DNA of 35,629 nucleotides from contig CAZIGB010000002.1 in NCBI GenBank assembly GCA_964539005.1, positions 3,024 through 38,652 of the forward strand, read 5' to 3'. Positions 25,923-34,000 of this stretch are shown in pieces. The notes beneath the pieces were generated by a model. It worked only from the letters and a program-made list of their open reading frames with translations, ran no database searches and was not told the DNA's origin. Positions within the stretch are counted from its first letter, which is position 1. Each line of letters starts with the position of its first letter. The position numbers and the translations under genes were made by a program. Source of the DNA: an uncultured Gammaproteobacteria bacterium (GTDB lineage: Bacteria; Patescibacteriota; Patescibacteriia; Patescibacteriales; UBA12075).

Positions 25923-25931
25923 TGCTATAGT
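25923..25931 (+). promoter_or_regulatory. extended -10 TGCTATAGT upstream of the helicase gene
   Basis: TGn plus TATAGT. It implies a ~125-nt 5' UTR if the start is 26063. Confidence 0.4.
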
Positions 25932-26062
25932 ATCTTTTATATAAACTCTGTTTGTCAAAAGACAACAGATATAAGCCCTGCGGGGCATGGACTCGAACTT
26001 ATTCTGATATTGGCTCATTATTTCTTAGTGACCTACATATAGGACTCGGGTCGCAAAAGAAT

Positions 26063-27628
26063 ATGATGAAAAAGACACAAGAAGCCTCAGGCTTCGCAGG
26101 TCTCGGCATCGTGCCGAGTCTTTTAAAAATGCTCGATAGTCTGGGCTATGAAAATCCGACTCCTATCCAGCAACAAGCAATTCCGGTCGTTTTGTCCGGA
26201 CAAGATGTATTCGGTATCGCTCAGACCGGTACGGGTAAAACTCTGGCTTTTGGTCTGCCGATGATCCAGATGTTGCCTCAGCACAAAGGGAAGGGGCTAG
26301 TCGTTCTGCCGACAAGAGAGCTGGCTGTGCAGGTCGAAGAGAGTCTCCGAGAAGTCGGAGCAAAATTTGGTTTGCGCACGGCAGTTCTTATCGGCGGAGA
26401 GCCGATCGGCAAGCAACACAAAGCCCTGAAAGCTGATCCGCACATTATTGTCGCTACTCCAGGCCGTCTTCTGGATCATGCTGAACAGCGCACTGTTGAC
26501 CTGTCCAAGACCAAGACTCTGGTCCTTGATGAAGCGGATATGATGCTTGATATGGGCTTTTTGCCTCAGATCAAGCGGATACTAAAGCTCGTGCCGTCTG
26601 AGCGTCAGACCATGCTTTTTTCCGCTACTATGCCTGGCGATATCGTAGGCATAGCTACTGAGTATATGAAGACACCGATCCGGATCGAAGTGGCGCCAGC
26701 CGGGACTTCTTCGGAGAATGTCGAGCAAGAGTTGATCGTTGTCCGTAAGGAAGAAAAATTTGCTGAGCTCGAGCGTTTACTTAAAGAAAATGACGGGACA
26801 ATGCTTATTTTCTTGCGTACCAAGCATACGGTCAAAGGTATCACAAGGAAGATCAATACTCTCGGTTATAAAGCAGCCGAGATCCATTCGAACCGCTCCC
26901 AGAGCCAGCGTCAGCAAGCTCTCCAGGGCTTTAAAGAAGGCAAATATCAGATTTTAGTCGCGACCGATATCGCTGCCCGCGGTATCGATGTCAAAGGCAT
27001 CGGCCTTGTAATCAATTATGATCTGCCGGAGAAGTCGGGTGATTATGTGCATCGTATCGGTCGGACCGGCCGAGCAGATAGAACGGGCCGGGCGATTTCT
27101 TTTGTCTTGCCAGCTCAGATTCGAGATGTGAAGGAGATTGAAAAATTAATCCGCAAGAAGCTGACGATCAATAAGAATGAGGAAGAACTGAAGGAACTGT
27201 ATCGTGACGCCTCGATCGAGGAAAAGATCTTGAAGATCCAGAAGAATGCCAATCGGCGTTCTTCTTCGGGGCGACGCATGTCTCCAGTTCGTTCAGGCGG
27301 CAATACGGCCAGTGAAAGACCGAAGCCCGCTTATCGTGGCGGGTCGATTGTCAATTATTCAAAGCCCAAGGTGGTCGCTAAAAGACCGGCACCAGCTCCA
27401 GTTTCTCGATCAGCTCGACCAAATAAATCTGCATTAGCATCAGCTGGCCTGAGTGATTTTTTTCCTGAATCGTCTGATCCCTTGGCTCCGAGCAAGGAGC
27501 GGATCTATCCCAGCCGGGAAAGACGAGGAGCTAAGCCGCGCGATAACAAGCGAGCGATGCCAAAGCGTCCAGAAAGGATGCTGACCGATAGAGAGCGTTT
27601 CCAGCGTTCGATGCGGGGAGACAGATAG
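26063..27628 (+). CDS. DEAD-box ATP-dependent RNA helicase with a basic C-terminal tail
   Basis: I chose the start at MMKKTQEASGFAGLG. The Q-motif region (F..LG....L...L...GYENPTPIQ), AQTGTGKT, PTRELA, DEAD (VLDEADMM), SAT, ARGID and HRIGRTGRA are all present. The last ~150 aa are R/K/S/P-rich. Confidence 0.93.
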   Translation: MMKKTQEASGFAGLGIVPSLLKMLDSLGYENPTPIQQQAIPVVLSGQDVFGIAQTGTGKTLAFGLPMIQMLPQHKGKGLVVLPTRELAVQVEESLREVGAKFGLRTAVLIGGEPIGKQHKALKADPHIIVATPGRLLDHAEQRTVDLSKTKTLVLDEADMMLDMGFLPQIKRILKLVPSERQTMLFSATMPGDIVGIATEYMKTPIRIEVAPAGTSSENVEQELIVVRKEEKFAELERLLKENDGTMLIFLRTKHTVKGITRKINTLGYKAAEIHSNRSQSQRQQALQGFKEGKYQILVATDIAARGIDVKGIGLVINYDLPEKSGDYVHRIGRTGRADRTGRAISFVLPAQIRDVKEIEKLIRKKLTINKNEEELKELYRDASIEEKILKIQKNANRRSSSGRRMSPVRSGGNTASERPKPAYRGGSIVNYSKPKVVAKRPAPAPVSRSARPNKSALASAGLSDFFPESSDPLAPSKERIYPSRERRGAKPRDNKRAMPKRPERMLTDRERFQRSMRGDR

Positions 27629-27652
27629 AAGATATTTGGATCAAATATGAGA

Positions 27653-27684
27653 ATAGCTCCGATTCTGGAGCTGTTCTTTTTTTT
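27653..27684 (+). terminator. rho-independent terminator after the helicase gene
   Basis: atagctccgattctggagctgttctttttttt. Confidence 0.75.
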
Positions 27685-27795
27685 AGAAAAAGGCTTTTCT
27701 GGTGGCTTGAATTATCTTTTGATTTGTGATAGAAATATCAGCATGGACAGGCGAAGAGCCTGAAAGACAAAACAATAACAGAGAGGAAGAAAAAA

Positions 27796-28479
27796 ATGGA
27801 TGGAATGGTCATGATCGGGAGTGATCTGGAGGTTGACAGCAGTCAGCTTCTGATAAAGGTGGATCTGGGGCATTTGGCTTCGATATTGCGGCCTTTGTTC
27901 TGTAAGCAAGAAACTGTTCTTTACAACGTTTTTACTTACCTGGATTTTCCAAATTTTCATCGGGAAGAATTATCTTTTTTTCGGCTAAATTTCTTTGGGC
28001 TGCAAGGTGTTTTGAATGTCTATCAGATGCCAGGATTAAACTGTGTGCGAAGCTCGAAGATTTATTTCAAGCCGCATCACAGCCTGCACGATGAAAAATG
28101 GGATTTCTTTGAGCGGATGCGTTTAGCCGGTTTTCAGGTTTTGTTCAGTCTCTCGGCGAATAAAGATGTTGACCCTTTGATTGTCGAAGATATCGCTGCT
28201 CTGCGCTCCTTCGAAGGAAATATTTGCCTGAATCTGGTGAGCGGTGATGCTGACTATCTGATTCTGGTCAAGAATTTAAAAGAACACCAGGAAAGTTTGG
28301 GTTATAAAGTGCATCTGCGTATTTTTTCCTGGAGTGATCAGTTAAATCCGTTGTGGAAAGAGCTGGCTGATCAGATTATTTATCTCGACGATGTGGTTCG
28401 TTTTTTTGACAAAGGGGCAAAACATGCATTTCCGCCCATTGATCTGGATTATGCTTTGTTGGAAAAATACGAAAAATAA
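27796..28479 (+). CDS. NYN/LabA-like (PIN-fold) domain protein
   Basis: 227 aa. Three acidic NYN landmarks appear in order: VFTYLDFPNF (the DG.N position), NKDVDPLIVEDIAAL (the VD..i..D position) and LVSGDADYLILVKNLKEH (the SGDsDf.pl...l position). The first ~45 aa are unassigned and the start is uncertain. Confidence 0.55.
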   Translation: MDGMVMIGSDLEVDSSQLLIKVDLGHLASILRPLFCKQETVLYNVFTYLDFPNFHREELSFFRLNFFGLQGVLNVYQMPGLNCVRSSKIYFKPHHSLHDEKWDFFERMRLAGFQVLFSLSANKDVDPLIVEDIAALRSFEGNICLNLVSGDADYLILVKNLKEHQESLGYKVHLRIFSWSDQLNPLWKELADQIIYLDDVVRFFDKGAKHAFPPIDLDYALLEKYEK

Positions 28480-28503
28480 CCCAGCTTAAAAAGGAGATAA
28501 GCG

Positions 28504-29088
28504 ATGAATAAGATTAGGGTGATATCTTTTTTTGTCTGTATGACGATTTTATCCGCTTGCGGTAACAACACACCCGGAGAGAGGGAGGAGCTAATAGAAA
28601 AAAGCTGGTCTGAAATGCATTCGGCTTATCAGAAAAGAGCTGAGCTGGTACCTGATCTGGTCGGAGTCGTTCAGAATTATGCAGCTGATAAAAGAGATGT
28701 ATTCGTTGCGGTTATCGAAGCACGGGCAAATCTTTTGACGGCTGAGACGGATAGCAGCGCCGATGCGGAAAAGGCTAATAAATTTGTCGCTAAGCAGAAG
28801 GAGCTTTCTGTGAAGCTGGTTAAGCTCATCGCATTAGCGGAAAAAAATCCGGTGATCAAGGCTGATGCAAACTTCAAACGTATTCACAGTGAGCTGGCAA
28901 CAGTCGAGGGCCAGATCGTGTCTGCTCAGAAGAGGTATGTGTCGGCAATCAAAGATTATAATGAATCGATCCAGGCCTTTCCGGCTAATTTGACCGCCAA
29001 AACGCTCGGTCATGAAGCCAAGAAGACGCTGGCAGTCCAAGATGGGGGAGCGACTAAAAGGGCGCCCCAGCTTAACATCGTCAGATAA
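28504..29088 (+). CDS. LemA family protein, lipoprotein-anchored (LemA-1)
   Basis: 194 aa with the signal plus lipobox ILSAC. LemA landmarks are W....S.YQKR.EL.P.LV..V..YA..E..VF..V.EAR and Y...I.DYN..IQ.FP.NL.AK.LG. The SD is AAGGAGA, and the gene starts 24 nt after the NYN gene. Confidence 0.85.
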   Translation: MNKIRVISFFVCMTILSACGNNTPGEREELIEKSWSEMHSAYQKRAELVPDLVGVVQNYAADKRDVFVAVIEARANLLTAETDSSADAEKANKFVAKQKELSVKLVKLIALAEKNPVIKADANFKRIHSELATVEGQIVSAQKRYVSAIKDYNESIQAFPANLTAKTLGHEAKKTLAVQDGGATKRAPQLNIVR

Positions 29089-29110
29089 TCTTCTATGCCA
29101 ATCTTGTCAG

Positions 29111-29138
29111 GGTCCGATCTTTGGTCGGACCTTTTTTT
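29111..29138 (+). terminator. rho-independent terminator after LemA-1
   Basis: ggtccgatctttggtcggaccttttttt. Confidence 0.8.
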
Positions 29139-29375
29139 GTTTTCTGATAATGAGATCGCTATCTGGTGCTTTGCTAGTGTTGAATGATGAAACAGAGAGG
29201 AGAAGATGATACGGGTCTCTTTTTGGCTTGGAAGCTTGATCAGGGGATGATTGAGTTCAAATAAGCACCACTCAATTGTTTGGTGATTAATTTTTGTCTA
29301 ATTTTAAATATAATAATCGATATTCTGATCAAAGGCGTAAATTTTGGCCCAAAATAAGGTTGATTAGCGGGATAA

Positions 29376-29404
29376 TTGACATTTTGTCAATAATATGCTA
29401 AAAA
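29376..29404 (+). promoter_or_regulatory. promoter TTGACA-17-TAAAAA (TG-extended); the -35 box is half of the palindrome TTGACAtttTGTCAA
   Basis: -35 at 29376-29381 and -10 at 29399-29404, preceded by TGc. The inverted repeat TTGACA/TGTCAA spans 29376-29390. Confidence 0.55.
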
Positions 29405-29493
29405 CTGAGAATGTTTAAGTGGTTTTTGTTCATTTACAATTGATCTGTCCGATTGAATTACTGGTCAAATCCATGAAAAAAAAGGAGGAAGTC

Positions 29494-29946
29494 ATGGAAG
29501 GGAAAAAAAGAGTGATCTCGGTCGCAGTGTTAACAGCTCTTTTGGGTTCACTGACGGCTTGCGATTATGATCCGAATGTCAGCGCGCAAAGAGATGTTTA
29601 TTCCAGAATCGAAGATTGTGTGGCTGATTGGGGCGATATGGCCCTGTGTCAGCAAATGGATGAAACTGCCAAAAAAGAATTGGAAGAGGAAAAGGTCAAA
29701 AACAATTCTTCAGGCGGTGGTGGCAGCTTTGTTTATCTCGGTCACCCTTTTTATGGACCCACCTATTACGGTAGCCAAAGGGTTGCCTATGTCGGTGATC
29801 GGGAAGTAGCCGCCAAGGGTTTCCGAGCAGCTAGCACAAAGTCAACTTTTGTCAGGTCTTCAACAATACCCTCAAAGATTTCAGCACGAGCTGGTCTGGG
29901 GGCAACTGGAAGATCAATGAGCCGTTTCTCCGGCATGGGAGCTTGA
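29494..29946 (+). CDS. DUF1190 (YjfM-like) lipoprotein
   Basis: I chose the start at MEGKKRVISVAVLTALLGSLTAC because AGGAGG lies 5 nt upstream, and the lipobox is L-T-A-C. YSRIEDCVADWGDMALCQQ matches the E. coli YjfM segment Y..REDCVAEFGEGQCQQ as I recall it. The C-terminal RAGLGATGRSMSRFSGMG resembles the YjfM C-terminus. Confidence 0.75.
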   Translation: MEGKKRVISVAVLTALLGSLTACDYDPNVSAQRDVYSRIEDCVADWGDMALCQQMDETAKKELEEEKVKNNSSGGGGSFVYLGHPFYGPTYYGSQRVAYVGDREVAAKGFRAASTKSTFVRSSTIPSKISARAGLGATGRSMSRFSGMGA

Positions 29947-29947
29947 A

Positions 29948-31114
29948 ATGGAAAGAAAATTATTCCGGGAGCGAGGCAATTGGAAGAAGCGTTGTGAAGA
30001 CTCGGGCTTTCTTTTTCACACGATAGAAGGAGAGCGATATTGGCAGGAGGGAGTCGCTTATTGTTTTTCTCTCCAAGAAATCGACGCCATAGATGACGCA
30101 ACCCTTGAACTTCACTCCATGTGCATTAGCCATGTGGAAGAGGTCGTGAAAAGTGGCGATTATGAAGGTTACTCTTTTCCGGATTGGGCTAAATCAATGA
30201 TCGAGTCCTCCTGGAAAAAAAAGGATCCGCATATCTATGGTCGCTTTGATTTCTGCTTTCGAGACAATGAGATCAAGCTCCTCGAGTATAATGCTGATAC
30301 GCCGACTTCTTTGTTGGAGGCCGCTGTTATCCAGTGGAACTGGCTCGAAGATCTGGAACTACCTGATCAATTCAACAGTATTCATGAGAAACTAATTGAA
30401 AGGTGGCAACGGATTTCGGATCGATTGCCCCTTGGCCAAAAGATATATCTGTCTACGATCAAGGAGGCGGGAGATGAAGATTGGGGAAATCTGAGCTATC
30501 TTGCAGAAACGGCGGTTCAGGCCGATAAGGACTGCTCGCTGATCAACCTTGAGGATATCGGTTGGCAAGAAAAGGGACGGTACCACAGCGATATATTCGA
30601 CAATCCGATTGTCGCCCTTTTCAAGCTGTATCCCTGGGAATGGTTATTGCAGGACGATATTTATGGGAATCTGGCTAAGTCGAGCACGCTTTTTCTTGAG
30701 CCGGCTTGGAAGATGCTTCTTTCAAATAAAGCCTTGCTGCCACTTCTCTGGAAGAAACACCCGGATCATCCGTTCCTATTGCCAGCATATTTCGAAAGTG
30801 AAAACAAGGAAGTGTGCAAAAAGGGCAAGTGGGTGCGTAAGCCCTGTCTTGCCAGAGAGGGCTCCAATATCTCACTGTTTGAAAATGGCCGTTCCGTTTC
30901 CTTGTCTGGGTCAAGTTTTGTCCCGGCCTATGATGCTGATTATGTCTTGCAGCAGTGGTGCGATTTTCCGTCATTTGACGGCTGGCATCCAGTCATCGGG
31001 TCATGGGTTGTCGGTGACGATACGGCTGGCATCGGTATTCGAGAAGACAAAGGTTTAGTGACTGGAAATTCCAGTTGTTTCGCCCCCCACTACTTTGAGG
31101 AGAGAATAAGATGA
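29948..31114 (+). CDS. glutathionylspermidine synthase-like ATP-grasp amide ligase (YjfC-like; no CHAP amidase domain)
   Basis: 388 aa. The N-terminus R.RGNWKKRCEDSGFLFHTIEGERYWQEGVAYCFSLQEIDAIDDATLELHSMC is characteristic of the GSP_synth pre-ATP-grasp family. So are YGRFDF..........LLEYNADTPTSL.EA and LEPAWK.LLSNKALLPLLW. It starts 1 nt after the DUF1190 stop. Confidence 0.85.
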   Translation: MERKLFRERGNWKKRCEDSGFLFHTIEGERYWQEGVAYCFSLQEIDAIDDATLELHSMCISHVEEVVKSGDYEGYSFPDWAKSMIESSWKKKDPHIYGRFDFCFRDNEIKLLEYNADTPTSLLEAAVIQWNWLEDLELPDQFNSIHEKLIERWQRISDRLPLGQKIYLSTIKEAGDEDWGNLSYLAETAVQADKDCSLINLEDIGWQEKGRYHSDIFDNPIVALFKLYPWEWLLQDDIYGNLAKSSTLFLEPAWKMLLSNKALLPLLWKKHPDHPFLLPAYFESENKEVCKKGKWVRKPCLAREGSNISLFENGRSVSLSGSSFVPAYDADYVLQQWCDFPSFDGWHPVIGSWVVGDDTAGIGIREDKGLVTGNSSCFAPHYFEERIR

Positions 31115-31500
31115 ATGCGGCTATATCTTTGTGGTTGTTTCTGGTGTATTTCGTGTCTGGCGTATCGATGCTTTGGCTTTTTGCGAAGCTCTATATGTAC
31201 GTTACTCCCTATGATGAAATACAGGAGATCAAAGACGGAAAGAAAGCGCCAGCGATAGCCTTGGCAGGGGCGATGATCGGTTTTGTTTTGCCCATTGCTT
31301 CAATGTCCTATCACAGTGTCGCATTTCTGGATTATGTTTTTTGGAGTTTTATTGCGGGTTGCTTACAGTTGGCTTGTTTCAAGTTTTTGTATCGATTCTT
31401 GCCTCGAGAAATCGAGAGCGACAATCAAGCTGTCGCGATTTTCTACGCAGGCGCATCCATCTGTATCGGCGTGATAAATGCTTTTTCTCTCATTCCTTGA
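31111..31500 (+). CDS. DUF350 (YjfL-like) membrane protein
   Basis: 129 aa with 4 TMs. The pattern Y.YVTPYDE...I.....APAIALAGAMIGFVLPIAS......FLDYVFW.....C.QL..F.......P..IE.DN.A.A....G.S.C.G..NA matches YjfL as I recall it. The start overlaps the ligase stop (ATGA), which suggests translational coupling. Confidence 0.8.
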   Translation: MNAAISLWLFLVYFVSGVSMLWLFAKLYMYVTPYDEIQEIKDGKKAPAIALAGAMIGFVLPIASMSYHSVAFLDYVFWSFIAGCLQLACFKFLYRFLPREIESDNQAVAIFYAGASICIGVINAFSLIP

Positions 31501-31513
31501 AGGAGGATTTCTG

Positions 31514-32107
31514 ATGTTGTATTCCTCGCAAAAAATATTTACTTTTTTTGTCGGACTTTGTCTCATCTCTTCTTTATCTGCCTGTGGCTATAACACCCTC
31601 GAGCAGCGGGATGAAAGAGTGAAGATGTCTTGGTCGCAGTTACAGTCTGTTTATCAGAAAAGGACAGACTTGATTCCGAATCTCGTGAAAGTTGTCCAGG
31701 CCTATGCGGCGCATGAACGTAGCGTGTTTGTCGCCGTCACAGAAGCACGGGCAAAGGCTTCGGTCCATGACGCAAAATTGGGCAACGATGAAGGGAAAAA
31801 CAGCAAGTTTCTTGAGTCGCAAAAGGAGCTTTCTGCCGGATTGTCACGGCTGATCGTTGTCGCTGAAAATTATCCGCAGCTCAAAGCGGATCAAAATTTT
31901 CAACATCTCCAAGCGGAGCTGGTGCAGATCGAAAATCAGATCGTGGCGGCCAGAAATCGTTATACCCGGGAAGTGATGCAGTACAACAATGTTGTCCGCT
32001 CCTTTCCCACAAGTCTCACAGCTAAGGTTTTTGGACATCAGGTCAAAAATCAGCTCAGCGTTGAAGACGAAGGGGCGATTAAAAGGCCCCCGGAAATTAA
32101 GCTCTGA
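31514..32107 (+). CDS. LemA family protein, lipoprotein-anchored (LemA-2)
   Basis: I chose the start at MLYSSQKIF because GAAGGAGG lies upstream, and the lipobox is L-S-A-C. It shares the LemA landmarks of LemA-1 (WSQLQSVYQKRTDLIPNLV, YNNVVRSFPTSLTAKVFGH). The two paralogs are clearly related but diverged. Confidence 0.85.
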   Translation: MLYSSQKIFTFFVGLCLISSLSACGYNTLEQRDERVKMSWSQLQSVYQKRTDLIPNLVKVVQAYAAHERSVFVAVTEARAKASVHDAKLGNDEGKNSKFLESQKELSAGLSRLIVVAENYPQLKADQNFQHLQAELVQIENQIVAARNRYTREVMQYNNVVRSFPTSLTAKVFGHQVKNQLSVEDEGAIKRPPEIKL

Positions 32108-32125
32108 ACAAATGAGCGAACAACA

Positions 32126-32154
32126 CGGCCCAAGCATCTGCTTGGGCCGTTTTT
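32126..32154 (+). terminator. rho-independent terminator after LemA-2
   Basis: cggcccaagcatctgcttgggccgttttt. Confidence 0.85.
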
Positions 32155-32336
32155 CTATATTTAGGTTCTTTGACATATTTTATGGGTAAAGATTTGAAAA
32201 ATGGGAGTGGCCAAAAGTCATCCCAGGGAGTTTGAATAAGCGGTTTGTAAAAAGTAGCCCAACTACACTTTCTTTTGTTTTGTAAAAGAAAAAGCCAGTA
32301 CTTGAGTAAAGCAACTGGCTCGTGTGTTTTTGTCTG

Positions 32337-32561
32337 TTATTTTTTTCTATAAAATACCCAATCCCTATGACACATTGTGTTGCAGCTTATCCATGTAACA
32401 TCGTAGTCGCAATTGAAGTCAGGGTAGGGCAAATCAAATTCCCGATGCTCAATGTTTGTAGCTAGCTCTTGTAATCGGGTTCTTTCCGTCTCCGTTGAAG
32501 TTTTCGCTTTTTTACGGAGAAAATTTACCAATTGTCCTTTTGTCCAGAAGCAGTAAGTCAT
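32337..32561 (-). CDS. hypothetical small Cys/Trp-rich protein
   Basis: 74 aa with a good SD (CAGGAGAAATACC before the ATG), located in an AT-rich segment. No family recognised. Confidence 0.5.
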   Translation of the reverse strand: MTYCFWTKGQLVNFLRKKAKTSTETERTRLQELATNIEHREFDLPYPDFNCDYDVTWISCNTMCHRDWVFYRKK

Positions 32562-32934
32562 GGTATTTCTCCTGTAAGAAATTTAGGATTGTTAACTAAG
32601 GATTGTTGGGACTTAGAAGTGGAATTTTACATGTTTCCTCTCACAAGTTATTTTTAAAGAGCATTATTGATTAAGGCGTGATATTTCCCATTGTCTCATG
32701 ATTTCACTTGGACGATCGTCTATAAAGGGGATTTTTTTTCATCGTTTTATCCCTTTTGAGTAGTAATGAACATTTCCTTCCTTTGATAACCATACTATAA
32801 CACAAACAGCCTATAATGTAAATTATAAGCCACAAAAAGACGAATAATGTTATTTTATACAAATATATTTGCTTAATAATAAATAATAAGCTATACTTAA
32901 ATATGTAAATAAATTACGACAATAGCATAATATA

Positions 32935-33675
32935 ATGATCGATTATTCTATTTTTAAAAGCTTCGGCCTAAGCGATAAAGAAGCCATGATTTATCTATAC
33001 ATCCTGGCAAATACCAGCACTGGTGCAAGCGAAATCGAGAAAGGCACGGGAGTAGGGCGGACATATATTTATGACATTGCGGAAAAATTGATTGATAAAG
33101 GATTTTTGAGGCAGTCACAGAAGGAGAAGAAAAAAGTTTTTATTGCCGTATCGCCAAAAGAGCTACTATCTAATCAGAAAAAATTACTTTCAGATTTTGA
33201 AAACAATTTAAAAGCGCTGGAGGAGCTTGAGAAAAAAGATTTACAGAAGCCGGAGATAGTTTATTATTCTGGCAAAAAAGAGTTGGCGAGCATGATGGAG
33301 AATTTTATCTCGCGCTCGATAGATAAGGAGGCAGTCGCCTTTAGTGATGATTCATTCTATACAGTCGAACAAGGCGAACACCAAGAAAAGGAAATTAACA
33401 AGCGCCTTAAGCAAGGCGTATTCTTTCGCGCTTTAGCCCCGATGTCTATAGCCGTAATCAAATCGAAGAAAAGAGATAAAGAGGAAAATAGAGAGACTAG
33501 AATGCTCCCAAGGGATGGATTTGATCTAAAAGTTATGTTGGGGGCGCACGGGTCAAAGACAGTGGTCGTGAATTATAAAAAGGACTTTGCTTTTGTGGTG
33601 GAGGATAAGGACTTGGCGGATACAGTTAAAGAGCTGTTTAATTTCATTTGGAAGAGTGGGAAAATATTGGAATAA
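32935..33675 (+). CDS. TrmB-family-like wHTH transcriptional regulator
   Basis: 246 aa. The N-terminus F.SFGLSDKEAMIYLYILANTSTGASEIEKGTGVGRTYIYDIAEKLIDKGFL is typical of TrmB-type wHTH proteins. A coiled linker and a ~130-aa C-terminal domain follow. Confidence 0.65.
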   Translation: MIDYSIFKSFGLSDKEAMIYLYILANTSTGASEIEKGTGVGRTYIYDIAEKLIDKGFLRQSQKEKKKVFIAVSPKELLSNQKKLLSDFENNLKALEELEKKDLQKPEIVYYSGKKELASMMENFISRSIDKEAVAFSDDSFYTVEQGEHQEKEINKRLKQGVFFRALAPMSIAVIKSKKRDKEENRETRMLPRDGFDLKVMLGAHGSKTVVVNYKKDFAFVVEDKDLADTVKELFNFIWKSGKILE

Positions 33676-33742
33676 ATCAGCGGATTTTTATATTTTGGAT
33701 AATACAAAAACTCCCTTTCGAAAAGGAGTCGTTTTTGTTTTA

Positions 33743-33810
33743 TTGGTGGGTGAGGGGGGAACGAATCTCTCTCCAATATGGAAAGTTGCTACAAAAAAAT
33801 ACTATACCTG
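33743..33810 (-). pseudogene. decayed tRNA-Gly-like sequence (ghost copy, cannot fold)
   Basis: Manual alignment to the tRNA-Gly at 35336-35408 gives collinear blocks in the same orientation: gggtRagggg, cgaa, ctctctcca, tggaa, aaaaa, tactataccYgc. The TTCCA anticodon-loop remnant is kept, but the 5' half of the T-stem is deleted. Confidence 0.45.
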
Positions 33811-34000
33811 CTCCCATTAAGTCGTAACTTCAGAAAATTATAGCTGTTATTGTCCCGGTGTTATAGGCACTTTAAAGGTTGGTAAAATATATATTATCGA
33901 TTCCCTTTTGCGCGATTGTGCGTTTTGCATAGCATCTGTCAGTTATTGGCAAGAGTTGCGCTTTATGCGAGTAAGTTAACGATTTTATTAATAAACTCTA

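Noticed and set aside
30549-31058. 169-aa out-of-frame plus-strand ORF (and a 99-aa minus-strand ORF) inside the GspS-like ligase gene.
   Set aside because: The ligase frame shows family-specific motifs end to end. The alternatives are Cys/Arg-rich nonsense typical of off-frame translation.
29948-31114. Calling the ATP-grasp protein a bona fide glutathionylspermidine synthetase/amidase (Gss).
   Set aside because: It is only ~388 aa and lacks the N-terminal CHAP amidase domain. Its context (DUF1190 and DUF350) matches the uncharacterised YjfC subgroup, so the substrate should be left open.
32155-32336. A third tRNA-Gly-derived scar at the left edge of the AT-rich segment (gtaaaaagtagcccaactacac versus cataaaaagccactatac).
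   Set aside because: The similarity is limited to one short A-rich block, with no collinear support from the T-arm or acceptor regions. It is indistinguishable from chance by eye.
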